A stretch of 64,000 nucleotides of DNA from Takakia lepidozioides (Eukaryota > Plantae > Bryophyta), in NCBI GenBank assembly GCA_030704615.1, contig CM060731.1:5084001-5148000 (forward strand), read 5' to 3'. The position numbers were made by a program, and so were the translations under genes. Each line of letters opens with the position of its first letter. The first letter of the stretch is position 1. This document shows positions 49,447-64,000 of this stretch, piece by piece. The notes below the pieces were generated by a model. That model worked only from the letters and a program-made list of their open reading frames with translations, made no database searches and had not been told where the DNA came from.

Positions 49447-50164
49447 GGGGAGGTGACTATACGTATTTTTTTTTTCTCCATATCACGTACGTACAAAGGT
49501 ATATTTATACTAGGCTATATCTTTGAATTTTTTCATTTTTTTCCACCCTATCTTTAAGTAATATTGTAAAACCCTTTGTTTCCTAACACCCTATTTTTCT
49601 ATATAATTTTCTTTTGCAACAGTTAATTAGACCCTATTTTAAATTATCCTTTTAAATAATTGTAAAATTTCAAAGCATGTAAACAAACAAGTACATTCCA
49701 TCAAATGCCGGACCCAAGAAAAAGTTTAATTTTCATTAGCCACGAACTCATTCAAAGCCGTAGCATCACTTGGATCTAAAGAGTAAAGTTCTAAGATGGT
49801 TCAAATGTCATAGTCACTAATAAGATTATGGTCTCAACATCAATCCACTATGTATCATTGGAATCATATTTTGAACGTGAGGTGACCTCTAACTGATTTC
49901 ATCCCGATGGATTAGAGCTGGATGAAATATGAGAAACTTCATAAGGATGGATACATTATACTGTAGATAAAACTTTTTATTACATTAACTTTTTATGTAA
50001 AACTCTAGATTTTTTGTGATATATATATTTTTTAAAATTGGGTGAAAGGATATTGCCCTACCATATTTTTTAAGTAAAACTTTTCTGAAATTTACCTCAA
50101 AACAATAAATTACACCCTATATTTGTTCTCACGTGGTTTTGAAAATACGGGGAGTGACCTCCCC
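49447..50164. mobile_element. Putative MITE/non-autonomous DNA transposon
   Basis: Imperfect inverted termini GGGGAGGTGACTATACGTATTTT / AAAATACGGGGAGTGACCTCCCC around an AT-rich core. No clear TSD. Confidence 0.55.
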
Positions 50165-51976
50165 AGGGGGAGATCAAGTACCACCAGGTCTATTTGTGTT
50201 TCATATATGTCCATATTTAACTGCTGACTGGATGTCGTCGTGGCAAATGACATGGCAACAAGTTAAGCAGATCCATGTGAGGACCGTAGTATTTTCCACT
50301 GTACCCACGAGTAATTAATTCATAATCCACCTCTGTAAGGCCTAAGTCTGCAATTGTAGCTCTGTCTAGCATGAGTGGCCGAGCTATTGTAAGATGATTA
50401 CATATGTATATTCAATTTGTGGAACATAGCAATTTTGTAGCATGATGACGGTGGATGATAATTGTTGTTTTCATGAGATGAGACTGGGTGGATGACGTTG
50501 GATGTGGGAGTAATGAAACTGCACGCAATTCATCATCGGTGGATGATGGGTTCAATCCAAATGAGAGTCGTGATGTAACGAGTTTTATTATTCCATGGGG
50601 CTAACATGACTATAGCTGAGGATTGATTGTAACAAATGAAGGAAATGAGGATAATACCCACATATTGTTTGTGTCAGCTAATTTGTAGGACTCTTACTTT
50701 TGAGTTAAAGACAAAGTTTAGCAACCAACTACTCATCTTACACAATGCGCCAAACTAATTGACGAGATCCTGGAATAGGGTTATCAGGCCACATTGGGGA
50801 AATCGTTTTGGCAGCTTCCTTTTTTGGGAGTAAAGTTGAAGATGAGGTGGTGAGAGAGAAACCATGAACATTCCCAAACAGGATGGGTTGATTAGCTTGT
50901 TGGTCAAGAGACACCATATTTTACGCATTCCTTTGAAAAACATCATACTTTACTCTTTGTTACGAGTCACCCACGAGTTGGGTTTGAAAAGCACATATTC
51001 ATACTAGTGCAATTAACATGCCCCAAACAGCATGGGTTGAATAGCGTATTGTTCAAGAGGCCAAAAAGAAAGTATTCGACTCGAGGAATGGCCCATTCTA
51101 AAGCATCTTCGTATGATAATCGCGATGTTGCTTCAAATACTGATTAAAAGGAGATAAAGATTGGACAAAGAAATTAAGAAAGTATTGACTCATTTGACAA
51201 AAATTCCATGGTGAGTACCATTGCTACAATATTGAGTCTCCCGAGGTGTGTCTGATCTTGTTTGGGTCCCTATAATTCTTACTAAAGAGTTCCTTGTACA
51301 AGGTTATTGAAGAATGGTGGATAATTAGATAGGCTAGGATTAGCTGATCGCCATGCGGATCCGATCAACAGTCGGGCAAAAATTCTAATCGGGAATACTT
51401 GCCACAAGAGTATGCCATGGGTTGATGGCCCTATGCCAAGGCAAAATGAGTGTGGCTGGAAATTTGATGAACATGCTTCATTTCTAGAAAACTCTAAGAC
51501 ATACAAAATACATCTTCCAAACTTCTTAATAAGTGGAGTATCATATTGGAGGACATTTGGGGAAGCAATTAAGAGTACACAATCTAATTAATTTTTAAGT
51601 TGATCCTAACCTATATTTGTATGGTCTCTTTGTGACTACAGAAACGATCTTCTTGCCTAATGTTGCAAATCTAAAATACATTCAATGGAACTGATCACTA
51701 GTACGGATCCATCTACTGGCCGAGAGCTCTTGCATGAATGCCTTTTTAGTCTTGGAAACCCAATGATGAGTGACTCATATTATTGCTTAATGTCCTTTCA
51801 CATCCGCGAACCGAAGCTGTATACATATCTTCAAGAATGTTGAGATCTATGCAGTGTGTCCTAAGAATAACTCATGTAGCAATGTGTACGAGACGTTATT
51901 TGTTGATCAATAGGACTTGCAGATGTGTCACATAATCTCATATTCGAGGAATTTTCCAAGCTCTATGCGGTCCCAC

Positions 51977-54900
51977 TCATAGCCCGAAGGAGTATTCAAC
52001 ATACTCATGGTTTTGAGGACTGATCGGGTCATTCACAAGAGGACTGCTCAGGTCACTTGCAAGTTTCTCCATAGACCTTTGCTCAGATCTCTCCTCAGAT
52101 TGCTCCTCAGATCTCTCCTCGTCAGTACTGGGGGAGTCCACAAGAGAATAAAGAGCTTCGGTGTCTTCTAATACTTTGCTCATCGTGGGGCGCTTATCTG
52201 GGTCAATGGCTACGCACTCCATAGCAATCTTCAATAGGGCATATAAGCCAGTATCTGAGTTTTCGACTGTCTTACGCAACTCCCGATCAAACACCTCTGC
52301 TGTCCACTCTTCTCTCACCACTGAGTTCACCTACAGAGCACGCGGAGACCAGATACACTAACATGAGTTAGTACATACATTTCCTAGAGGACTATTCTCA
52401 ACTCATTGTACAACTATATTAGAAAACTGCAACAATTTGTTGTGAGGAAGAATACAATTGTACGAAGTGGATCATGCATGTGTCAGTTGCAGGGTTGGTG
52501 ATCTAGCGACAGATACTTCTAGCTTGGCAGGACTGACACCATGAAAGCGATGGTTGCACATGTTGCTGTTGAGGCTACACTTCGAGGGAACTTTTACCAC
52601 CATGGCTAAGATATATACATATATGCTCATATAGACCCTTGCATGATTGGGAGATAAAAGTGGATTGAATGTAGCGCTAAATTCAACAACGGGCTCTCAC
52701 CACCATTTATAAATGGGATGGACAAGATGCCTCACAAAAAGGTGTGCTCGTGACAAACAAAAATGTTGCAAAAATGATGTCGTTTGTTTCTTATTCGTCT
52801 CCAGCAATGGCGGCAACGACAGGGTGACGGTTATCCCAAGGTGTTGATGGGGCTTCCAAAGGCTTATGTCAGAATGGCTTGGGGTTCCTAAACTGATGGA
52901 TAGACTCCATCTACATGATCTACTGGCCAAGAACATTTTGTTCATTCATTCATTCATATAGTATTCATCTCATAGTGTGCAGGGAATTAATATGGTAGGT
53001 ACTAATATATGTACCCAGCCGGGGAGGTCGACTTGGAGGACGGGGTCGGAGGTGAGGCGGCCGGTGAGGAGCTCAAGAACTAGAATACCAAAGGAGTAGA
53101 CGTCGCCCATCTGCGTCATACGCCGCGCGGGCGTACACTCGGGCGCGCGGTAGCCGAGCAGGTGCGACGCAACACCCACGGGGCTCATGAATGACGCCAA
53201 GCCGCAGTCGCCAATTCGAGCCTCCCCGCTGGAGTCCCGCAGTACGTTGGACAGCTTGAGGTTGCCATGCACCTCCTTACTGTCCTGGCTGTGCAGGTAC
53301 GCCAACCCCCTCGCCACTCCAAGAGCTATATGCAGCCTCGCTGGCCAGTCCAGCGGTTCGGCCTCTGCTGGTCTCGCTGCACCGGCTACATGACCCATAT
53401 TGCAACTTTAATTACCTCTTTAATTTCTTTGTCATGTTTTCAAGTTTCTAGCTAACGAGTTGAGCTAGTGTCTGCTTGCAGTAAGTCTTTTCACGGATTG
53501 ACTCTTAGGCAACTTCTATATTCATGCCGACCAGGCTCAACACTTCCGGTAGGTACGTTTCAGAATCTTTGATAATCCTGTGAAAGTGAGATCCTTACCA
53601 TCCAAGGGTTCAGCACACTCTCCTCTCACTAGTGTTGGCAGTACGGGGGCAGTACCCTTCTTTCCCTTCACCATGATCCTCACTCTGTATTCTTGGATCC
53701 TCATGTGCCGCCTGATCTCTCTCGACAGTCTGATAAATTCTCAATTCTTTGAACCTATATCTTGGCACATTCCTCTTTCTAGTTATGCACATCCTCACAT
53801 ATTGTGCACAATGGACATCATTTATCTCTTGAATCTCATAGGAATTTCATGTTCCTCAATTGTCCAACTAAGGAACAGCATCCCTCCAGCCCTATATTGT
53901 TTCGATTTCAACTTCAAGTTTTTGTCTGAGCTGTGGAATCAAACCAGCTGGTATATTCATTTACCGGCCGTATCTTCACAGATTGCACTGGTCAACACAT
54001 CTAGCCATCCACTCGAGTTTCTTTCGTGAAGCTACCCATGTCTTGAGCATAGATGTATCCACGGAATCTGATCTAATTCTTCCCAACTCTTTGGCCCACA
54101 ATCAAGTTTATTCATACAATAGACTAGTCTAGTGAATCTTCTTGATTTTACACGGCGTCGACCGTGTAAAATCATATTGGTTAATCCTCAATTACACGAG
54201 CTCAATCTTGCAACCTGAAAATTAGGTACTCTCTCGGGATGGATCCTTGCAACGAATAAATTAAAAAAAAATAACCAATACTCACAGTGATCAAGAAGGG
54301 CAGACTCGAGGCTGCCATTGGAGTAGTAATCATAGACCAGCAATTTCTCCTCCCTTGCATAGTAATAGGCCCTTAAGGGTGTTATATTCGGGTGCTTTAA
54401 CTTGCCCACAATCTCCATTCGTTGTTCGAACTCAGTCCTCCCCATAAATTTGAGGTCTCTCAGTCGCTTGACTGCCACAACGCGGCCCCCTTCCAGCACT
54501 GCCTTGTACGCTGTCCCTAAGGTGCCCTTTCCAATCATTTCAGCTGATGCCCGCAAAAGATCTTCAAGTGTAAATAATGGCTTTTCATCCCCCTCAATGA
54601 GGTTGAGCTTTGCCTGGAAGGGCTCATCACCAGGGGCAACTTGGGCTGCATATACTCCTGAATATGTGCCGCTTAAGTAAGTTCCTGAATGTGACTCATC
54701 CCCGTCAATCAATATGTCGGTGTGCTTGGGGGACTTAGCATCTCTCATCCGCGCGAATTTCTTCCAGTTGAAGAAGAAAAATATGAGGGTAATAATAATC
54801 ACCCCCAAGACGGCAGCCGCTACCAAAGTCGCGGCCAGAGGTGCCGGGTCACTCTCACTTTGAGAAGGTTGTGGGGCCGAACTCGCTGGGTTAGGCCCTT

Positions 54901-56197
54901 GCAGGGTTGGACAAATGGAACTGAGGGGTTTGCCACATAGATTTGCATTCCCAACGAATGACGAGTTACCATACCTAGTAGCCACGTTAATGGGAATCGA
55001 CCCACTCAAATTGTTATATGAAACAACGAAGTTTGTTGCTGTGACAACATCTGGAATTTCACCAGAAAGCTGGTTACTGTTTAAGAACAAGTCCCGAAGC
55101 ATGGGCAATTTGGCAACTCCTGCCTGGATGCTCCCAGTGAGATTGTTGTTTGCAAGGTCAAGCACTCGCAGATGTTGTAAATTGGAGAAGCTGGCCGGTA
55201 TCTCACCAGACAGTCGGTTTTGGTTGAGATATATCATCTTCAAGTTCCCAATAATTGACAAATCTTCAGGGATGCTGCCAGTTAAATTATTCCCCTTCAA
55301 GCTCAGTTTCTACATCCAGGTTCGATAGCGAGAGTAAGCGGAAGGCGTATCTAGCCACAATTGATCATGGGGCGCGCTAGCAGGTTCCACAGAGGAGGCT
55401 AATATTCCTCTTGAGCTGGAAAGTCAGCTTGACAACATTTGTTTTGAACCCTTAAATCTCATCTGGAACTATAATAATTATGCATTCATAATCTAGCTTA
55501 AAGATATAGTCAATGTTGTCAGAGCTTAAAGGATGATAGGCTTCATGTCCACAGACTCCTTGCTTGAGTTTTTACTTCACTATCCTTAGAGATGATATTG
55601 CAAAACCCTTATTATGCAAGTAGACGACAAAAGTTGATTTTACGTGGGCATCTTGTGCATTAACAATATACGTAAGTACAAAATTTACCCATTCCAACTC
55701 CTCCAAACATTAGTCCCTGGACATAAAATCTTATTTGAAATAATCCAAGTTGATTCCAATGACCCTAGAAGTCACTTAGAAAGAACACATAGAAATTCTA
55801 TGAATACAAACAGTTGGACACTGACCTCCAGTTTGTCAAGCCGGCTGAGAGTATTGGTAAGAAACGTCCCGGCGAGATTCGCATTTTCCACCACGATGTT
55901 CCATACGTGACCTTTTGAGTTGCAATGTACTCCCAACCAGGTGCAGGGGTCCCCAACACCCCATTGATATCTGCCCTGAGTCAGTTGACGTAACGGGTCT
56001 GAAGCAGTTTGGAAGTCCATCAGAGCTCGGGCAATGTGTGAGATCGAACTATTTGGCGAATCTTGACCACTGATAGGGGCTACCAAAATTATGAAGATGA
56101 AGACTGCGATCATCAGGAACGGTGGCACTACTTTTACAATTGATCCAACTTTATGTATGGTTGCAGTGGCAGCTGGTCCCATTAGGAAAATGGCCAT
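51977..56197 (-). CDS. LRR receptor-like kinase, LRR-III (atypical kinase) class, 4 exons
   Basis: Exons 56197-55826, 55309-54286, 53385-53015 and 52330-51977. Signal peptide, PCTWLGVHC cap, LRRs, GNANLCG, TM, FTLEDLLRASAEMIGKGTLGTAYKA, HGNLKLSN, DCG and GYRAPE. Confidence 0.93.
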
Positions 56198-57059
56198 TAT
56201 TGGAAACTGATCTCGAATATGAGACGTGTAGAAGTCGTGGCGTAGTCCAACCACTGAATCAGATAGGTTTAACTAAGCAGCAGCTCGCTGTGTGCCTTAA
56301 GGTGCTACAAATAAGAATGCCCGCTACAAGGTCCACCCTGTTTAGAAAGTTGTGGCCGTTAAATTAACCTTGGCATGGCTCAGTCTTATATATGATTTGA
56401 ACAAAGAGGTCTTCACATGTTCCTGCCTGCAAAAAGTTGATCAACCCACACGATGCTTGAGAACTTGAAGTGCCATTGCAAGAACTGTCACTTATTTAAA
56501 TTTACAGAAAAGAATATTCATGTCAAATCAACACACCCAAATTTTCCTACCTGGAGATTCATTGAGCAATCTCTCGAGCTCTCGGAATTTGAGCTCTCAA
56601 CCAGGCAGTGGCTTTACTAGCATATGGTCAACCATCCGAGAGAAAACACAAAGGCAAGCTTTCGACATGAATTCCAAAGGGATTGTGGACGTTTAGAAAA
56701 GTGATGGGCACTCTGCATCTAGCTAGGACCTTCGTGCTAACCTCGTGAGGACACTGTCAGAGGGAGGTCGAGCCTCGAGGGAGCATCGCCTTTCCATCCA
56801 ATCAATTTCCAAACCTGGAGGAGAGCCACACTTTGAGTAGCTCGCGTGGCACTACAAAACTGAAAGACAAAACCACTAGTATGGAATATCTATTGAAATG
56901 AAGATATCCACTAAGGCAAATTTCACCGCATGGTCAGATTTCAGGATCACTGATGATTCACATGAAGGATCATACTTCACGTGGCGCTTGTCTTTTGATT
57001 AGTTGTATACACTTGGAATCTATTGAATTGTATCTTCTATGTGAATGGTGTGTACCATG

Positions 57060-57063
<4 letters not shown>

Positions 57064-57096
<33 letters not shown>
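57064..57096. repeat. (CT)n microsatellite
   Basis: Uninterrupted CT run. Confidence 0.95.
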
Positions 57097-57099
<3 letters not shown>

Positions 57100-58499
57100 C
57101 ACACACGACACAACCAAAAAAGTTCAATCCAAGAGTTCAATCTACACACACAAGTGGCCCTATGAACTCCATAATCTCACACCTGGCCGCATTGATTGGA
57201 CACACTGCAATCTTTCGATTCAAAGAGAGGCCTGCACAAACCTCTCCCACTCTCGAGGCCAACACACACACGGACAAAACAAAACTCAGAGGGGAATCTG
57301 GTCCCTTGCCTGGTGGGCTCGCTCATCCGGCGTGCCGGCCGTTGCCACTGCCACCCTTCCATTGAAATACTGAAACATTATCCTCGTGGAATTATATCTA
57401 TGTCTAGATGGATAGTCCCAAAATTTCAGTCTTTTTTTGGATGTTTACTATATATAAATAGTCAATTTTTCAAATTGCAGATGTTTAAAACAAACCAACT
57501 GTACTATTTTATGTTTATTTACCTTTTTTTGGAATGCTAAAATCGTGGCCAGAGGCCCTGCTATTTGGGAGATCTCAACGACACTAACAAACAATATTGC
57601 GAAGTACGCTAATATTAAAGAAAAACCCAATTTACATTTACGTCCACGTGCACAAAAGACAAATGAAGGGCCAATCATCATTGTTCCACGAAAGCCCACT
57701 TTGCTATTTTTTCCAGCAACCAAAAGTACTTGAAATTCCACATCTCCCACACCGCAGGTCCAAAACTCATGAGACCAAGTGGGTGCTGCACCCCTCCTCA
57801 TCGAAGGCTTTCCATGTATGGTACCAAGCACTAGGGCTGGGGCCGCGAGTTGGGAGATCTCAATGCTACAAGACATACAAACTACCTCGCTTTATATATT
57901 GATTGTCGAAGTTGTAAAAAATAAAAAAAATGCCAATCATATTGTGAAATATAAATTTTTCTTGAGTTTTTGGTTGTTTTTTAAAGTGGAGGGCACAAAG
58001 GCCATATAAATGCCATAAAAGGGTGTCACGGAAAAAATAACCATTCCATCTACATAAGCCAAAGTTGCCTACATTGGGTAACACCTAGGAAACAAGCTGC
58101 ATGAAGACAACTGGGTTGCTGGAAATGGCCAACTAACTACAAACCTTGTCTAAAGAGTAGAGAAATAATCCTAGAGAGAGACTGAGAGGATGTCGCCTGC
58201 GTAACTCAAAGCCAAAAGTTGCCTTGTGGCTGCTGCCCCCTGTCGGAGGTACTGGACCCTAGGGAAAATAAATAAATCCTAGCTTAACCCTTAAGTAACT
58301 GCCTACAATGCAGAAAAAACATACGATAAGATAAAGTTTCTTTACCGTCGAGTGAATTTACAAAGCCTACTGCTCAACACACAGGCCATCGAGGGCCCAA
58401 TGGACGGTCTGAAGGCACATGTTGAAGGATTGAACCCAGGATCACCTAGGTTATGCACGCAAGGCACAAACACCCAACCATCTATAAGTCCAAACGCTA

Positions 58500-58870
58500 C
58501 GTTCCCTGTTCCCAATGTCCGCTCCTCTGTCCCCTCCTTGTTCCCATGCCCGCTCCCCTATTCCTGCTCCCTTCCTCGCCCTCTGGAACGCCGGTCGCTC
58601 CTCTGTTCCTGGTCCCCGGTCCCCTCCTCGCCCTCTGGAACGTGTTTGCTCCCCGCTCCCCTCCTCGTCCTATGGAATACGGCTCGCTCCCCTATTCCCG
58701 GTCCCCGGTCCCCTCCTCACGCTGTGGAACACGGCTCGCTCCTATTCCTATTCCCCGCTCCCCTCCTCGCTCCCCTGTCCCAATGGGGGGGAAGCCGGGA
58801 ATAGGGGAGCAAACTTGGAGAATGTTTGGGAACAGGGTCCTAAAGGTGGGGAGCATGAGGAGGGAACATG
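58500..58870. repeat. Pyrimidine-rich degenerate tandem repeat (~40-55 bp units, TGGAAC..GCTCGCTCC..CCCCTCCTC) followed by an inverted purine-rich segment
   Basis: Four TGGAAY anchors between ~58583 and ~58730. CCCTGTTCCCAA / TTGGGAACAGGG form an inverted pair. Confidence 0.65.
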
Positions 58871-61860
58871 AGCATTCCCCACCTTCCCAATGGAGATGAG
58901 ATTTGACTGGTAGGCTCCCGGAGCTTCTTGGAGCTCGGGCCAGTGGCCCCATCTCACACGCTTGCCTTAAACTCGTTGGGTAAGCGTAGTCTCTTCCATT
59001 CAATTCCTGACTATGATGTTTTATGGAAAAGATTCAATGCCATAGTTTAATATAATACTAAGAATATACAAGTATTTCAATCTATGAAGATTTCAAATTT
59101 ATACCAGTTTTAGATTTATTAACTATCAACTATCTTCCAATGTACGGCAACTTATAATTGAGAACCAATATAATGATAGCGGTAACGTAAAGTTCATTTG
59201 TGCAAAGAGTTTTAATTCAGTGAACAATTTTCACGTGATAATAGTCATGATTTGTTACAAAGAAGTGGTGTGCTTCTTGTCGTGTGGCAGTTTTTGTTCC
59301 TTTGTAGTCGGATTTAAGAAAAAACGTATAATGCCATAGCTTATTTTTTATGTCAAATGGAAGGGTGCATTTGTCAAAGTCAGATGCAGATTTTTGACAT
59401 GCAAGCTCACATCCCAAATGGTCTATGCTTTCGACTTGCCTAGTATACATCACCCTGTCCAACGTTGGGTTTGTCTTTTGTGTTGGGCAGTCTGTCACTA
59501 GTTAACTAGACAGCCCTGTGGTGGAGCCCTAGATTTTGTAATGTACCCTCTCCTTCTCTTACCCACACAAGCAATTGCATGCCTAGGGATAGCCTTGAAG
59601 CCATACAGCTTAGTGTCCTTAAATACTTTAATCATACCTGGCAAGGTGTGGGGAGTTTCCTGCTTGTTCTGAACTCCGCAGGGGGTCTATGGCAACAAGT
59701 CTCTAGAACTGAATGAGCACATTCCTTTAGACTCTCTTGAGCTGGACAATACAGAGCTTAAGTTCTGGGTTTTAGGGTCTCGTTTGCAACTCTTTTCCAG
59801 GCCTCAAGAGTAGGCTGCCTACCTCTAGTTGGAAAAGAGGAAATTCAAGGTGTATGATCTGTTGACCTGATGGTGAGGCTATGGAGAGATGTAGTGTACA
59901 ATTTACAGCCCAAAAAAACATTGAATGCCTTGGCGGCTACGATTTCTGGAAGGTGCAGGGTACTTAAAATCTATAGCGCACATAGTGTCTAGTGCCGTTG
60001 ATTCGCCCACGTGGCAGATGGGGATGCGATTGCGGCCTGCCACCTCAAGCATTTTGATGTCTTACTTGGCAATGACCAAAAAATTCATAAAATCTAAAAT
60101 CTAGCTTGGCCAATAGATCAAAATTGTTTTTTTTTGCACAATGTAGTTTGAATTGTAGCATTGCATGCATTAACCAGAGAAATAACAATATCATTCAAAA
60201 ACCCATGGGAACTTGGTCACATTTAGAGGGAAATTGGTCATCTACCCCCCCCCCCCCAACCAATTTCAAATACAAAGCAAGCCCCACAAATTCTTCAGAT
60301 ATGAGTCTCAGATTTTGGTACAATACCTTGCAGGTGCCACATAATTTTAGTGTTTGAGCATTCTCACATGAAAAATCCATAATATTAAGGAAATGCTTTG
60401 TCAAATCAAAATTTGGGAAAGATCTTGGAATACACATGGAAAATTGTCATATTTATGTGTTACAATAGGCCAAATGCAAAAGTGAAATTTAGCAAGACTT
60501 CGTGAGAATGTGGATGTAGTAGGTAGGGATGTGTTTGTGTCACTTGGGCGGGTCTCATATCAGTGCTACCATCCAAGTAAGATAGAAGATAACTAAGCTT
60601 AAAAACAATTGCAAAAGATGAATCTTTCTTACTCTCTCAATGCAGCAGGCTAGACGAAAGCACGGAGAGGAGAGACGACAATGGAGCAGAAAGACAACGA
60701 GCGTAGGATGTCCGTTGTCAGGTATCTGAGGAGATGCTGGCACGACTTAAACGTGTCTCTCACGGGAAGCAGAGTTGCACAATAATAACACTTACTAGTG
60801 GTTGAAAATCCAATTGACACATTCAATAGTTAATTTTTACTTGGTGTAAAGAAACTAAAACCTCGCTCTTGAACAACATAGCTATTGTAAATTTGATACT
60901 TTGACTTTGGTGAAAAAGAAATAGTTATTATATTAATACAACAAATATCAAACCATTTAAGGGCATTCAAGAAATGAAGTCAGAGTCACATTTAATGTGG
61001 TGACACCACTACAATTGGTAATAATGCGACAATCAGATGACATTGTCAGGCATTGGAATACACATTTATAGAGGAGTCCAGAAACGGTCATAGAGTCCCC
61101 TATAGCACGATCAAAGAGCAGCCTATATCAGTTTTTGTAATATTCATATCTTACTCATGTCATCTTCAAAAATTATGCTGCAACTTGTGGAATGTGTGGG
61201 ACCAGTTTGTCGACAATCTTTGATCGATTCTGAGATTGGATTCCATTTTTATGTGACAAATAGCAAACTTGAACTTGTACCATTAATGTTCGGGGATGGA
61301 TTTCATCGATCTCATCCAAGAAAGTTATGCGATGCATACGCGAACCGGAATGGGTCACATCGGTAGTTAATGGGCCGCTAAGCTCTAAGACGTTTGTATT
61401 GCATTCCATCTTAAAAAATCTGATGGAAAGCAAGAACAACACAGAAGAAGCATGTGCATGAGTACGATGGCAAGGTGTTTGCAAGCAGGAGAAAACAACA
61501 CAAATGAACTGCCGGAGTGGCGTAAGGAATTGCAAAAGATCAGCAATGTTGGAGAAGATTCTCACCATAGGACAAGATAAGAAAAGTTTCTCTTACTCCC
61601 AAGCCAAAATGCTTTACATCAATTTAGGGGCCTAGCATCTAACATCAAGCCGAAATCCGTCTATTACATTTTGAAAAACATGTAAAATAATATCCCGGGG
61701 AAGTCATTCTCTATCATTTGTAAGTTGTATAGGGCACGTGAGTTAAATGGGTATTTTGTGGGGGTATTCCTTTTATTCTAGGTCATTTTTAGTATCCTAT
61801 AACTACATAATTTTATAATATGGTGAATTTTTTATATACTATTTTAATTATTTTTATTGA

Positions 61861-62151
61861 TTAAAAAACTATTAAATACCCTATATTAATTTTTTTTCCA
61901 AGACAATTTAATTTATTATTTGGTTGAAATAAATAAAGCATTCTTATCATCACATTCAAGGTGTAAACGTTCTGCACTCTATTGAAAGTCACAGTGACTG
62001 AACTAATAATTGAGTCTACATCTATCCACTTGTTGTCAGTATGATCATATTTGAATTTAAATTGTTCTCTAGATTTTGAGAAATAGTTTAATAACACCAT
62101 AATTGGCGTGGTTGGTCTATTTAGGATATCAATAGGTTGCCTATCCCCCAC
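61861..62151 (-). pseudogene. Probable DNA-transposon-derived ORF fragment
   Basis: KFKYDHTDNKWIDVDSIISSV resembles repetitive moss transposon-associated peptides (recall, unverified). The context is AT-rich. Confidence 0.35.
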
Positions 62152-62407
62152 CTACTCCCTGCCTTCTTTATCATTTTTTGAATCTTGCCTATTCACCATT
62201 TTCCCTCATCTACACCAGCAGCTATGGATGTTGGCACACCCTTGCGACTCCCCTTAGCTCCATTTCTTTGCAGCCGTCTTAATAGAGGAGGACTGTGTTG
62301 TGGATACCCTCTTGACAAAATACACTCCTACAATATCTGATCCTAAACTTATGAGACATGCATTTTGTCGTCTGGTTCTCTTTGTGCACATTCACCTTTC
62401 TGCCTCA

Positions 62408-62860
62408 ATTATCCCACCATTGATGGACTCCGAAAAATATTTCCTCGAAGCTTTTCCTCATTGCTAGCCCCTAGCCCTCCTCCTATGAAGTCTGTCGCCG
62501 CTGCTTCTTGTGCATCCACCCAAGCAGATTTCTCGTGGTTATCAATCAGTAATTCGAAGGTAAGCTTGTAACCCGGCCCTCTCAGATGACAATTAATAGA
62601 AAACTTTGCAATGCATCTTGTCGTCTGCTTATCTTTGTGCCCCATTATCCCACCATTGACAAGGCTCCAAAAAATATTCCCTCGAAGCTTCTCCTCGTCT
62701 CTGTCAGCCCTTGGCCCTCCTCGTATTCTGTCTGCCGATGTTGCTTCTTGTGCTTCTAATCGACCATCCACCCAAGCAGGTTTCTGGTAGTTATCAATCC
62801 ACAGAGATTCTAATGTAATCTTGTGCTTACAATCCAGCCCTCACAGATAACAATCGACAG
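62408..62860. repeat. Degenerate tandem duplication, ~236-bp period
   Basis: ATTATCCCACCATTGA..CTCGAAGCTT..CCATCCACCCAAGCAG..TTATCAATC at 62408 and 62644. Confidence 0.85.
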
Positions 62861-64000
62861 AAAATTCCCTCCCTTATCATTAGATAAAAGAGGAAACCCC
62901 CGGGTGATTGCAGCCTACAGTGTCCATTTTTTGCTATCACAACACTGTTTTTTCCAGACATAGAATAGTGGTAAATTATCATACTCCTACATGACAATAG
63001 GAACTAACATATAGAGGTTCATCTACATATACTTTCACGCTTTTAGATCTCATCATCAAAAACCAAAATCTCTAGATGTCATGGACTTTTAAAAAGTCCA
63101 TTAGGAATTGTTACGGGTCATAAAAAAAAGACGTTATAGACTTTTTAAATATAGGAGTTAGAACAAAGTCAAGAAAATGGACTCTCTCAGACTTGCTTTT
63201 GGAGAATGAGGAATCTGGAATGAAAACTATCATTCAAAAATATGAAGTAAAAAAAAATTGTGTACTATTTTGAGCCTAAAAAATAGCTATTTTTATAAAG
63301 TTCTTTATGACTAAATTATTTTGAAATAACAAAACTTTTTTTCATTAGACCCATTTATTCACCATAAATGCACAGTTGAGTATGATCAAATTTCAAAAAA
63401 ACATTTGTGAATTGATATTATCGCAATTTGGAAATCTTGGTTTTAACAATAAATAATAGACGGTCAAGAATATTGTCAGTTGAAGCAAATCCGATGGTTG
63501 AGGATTCGCCACATCCTCCTTTACGTACTCTTTATGTACTCATGATCTGCCGTTTTTGGTCCACTTTAGTTTGCAATCACCCTTCCCCCCCGAGCTCAAA
63601 CGCCCCCTCCCCCCCCCTTTACCATTAGACCCTAAACTCTAAATGCACAACACGTGTCCATGGACTAATCACTGGACAACACGTGTCCACAGGTATTATC
63701 TCAACCCTATAGTAATCTTAATTGTTTTTTTTTAAATGATTCATTATTTAAAACCCTATATTCATTTAAATTCCCTAATCATAATATAATGTACCTTCCA
63801 GGCTGTAAGTCGATCCCTGGGTTGCCAAAGCATGGAAGATCTCGGAATTTTGGTACACTTCCCCGGAAAAAAGGTTAGTAGATCCGTTGTGAGAGACTGG
63901 GCAGTTAGATACATGGGGGGTTCAGGTGACTTAAAGCAACAATCTTGCCATGCAAGGGGCATGGGCTTCTTTTCTATTCAATTTGAAACTCAAGAAGCTG

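Overview
Eukaryotic land-plant nuclear DNA, probably a bryophyte (inferred from GT-AG introns, TTTAGGG telo-boxes, a chromovirus and moss-like repeat families). Bases 1-24.3 kb are a nest of mobile elements. A degenerate minus-strand L1-type LINE (~12303-22830) is interrupted by a full-length Ty3/gypsy chromovirus (12806-19721, TSD ATAGG). At its 3' side the LINE is cut at ~12302 by the end of a large unclassified element that fills 1-12302 and runs off the left edge. That element is the main discovery. It carries two diverged, intron-containing paralogs of a gene ending in a beta-class N6A/N4C DNA methyltransferase-like fold; the complete copy has an N-terminal ParB/Srx-like domain (DGNHR). 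It also carries a third ParB fragment and a SWIM zinc-finger gene. Each gene is accompanied by its own array of 16-22 bp palindromes in introns or flanks, in a parS-like arrangement. Bases 30-57 kb hold host genes: a P-class PPR gene with an apparently chimeric N-terminus, a DENND6-like gene, the Golgi SNARE GOS12 and an LRR-III receptor-like kinase. These are interspersed with MITEs, LINE relics and tandem repeats. All family assignments are motif recognition by eye; no database search was run.
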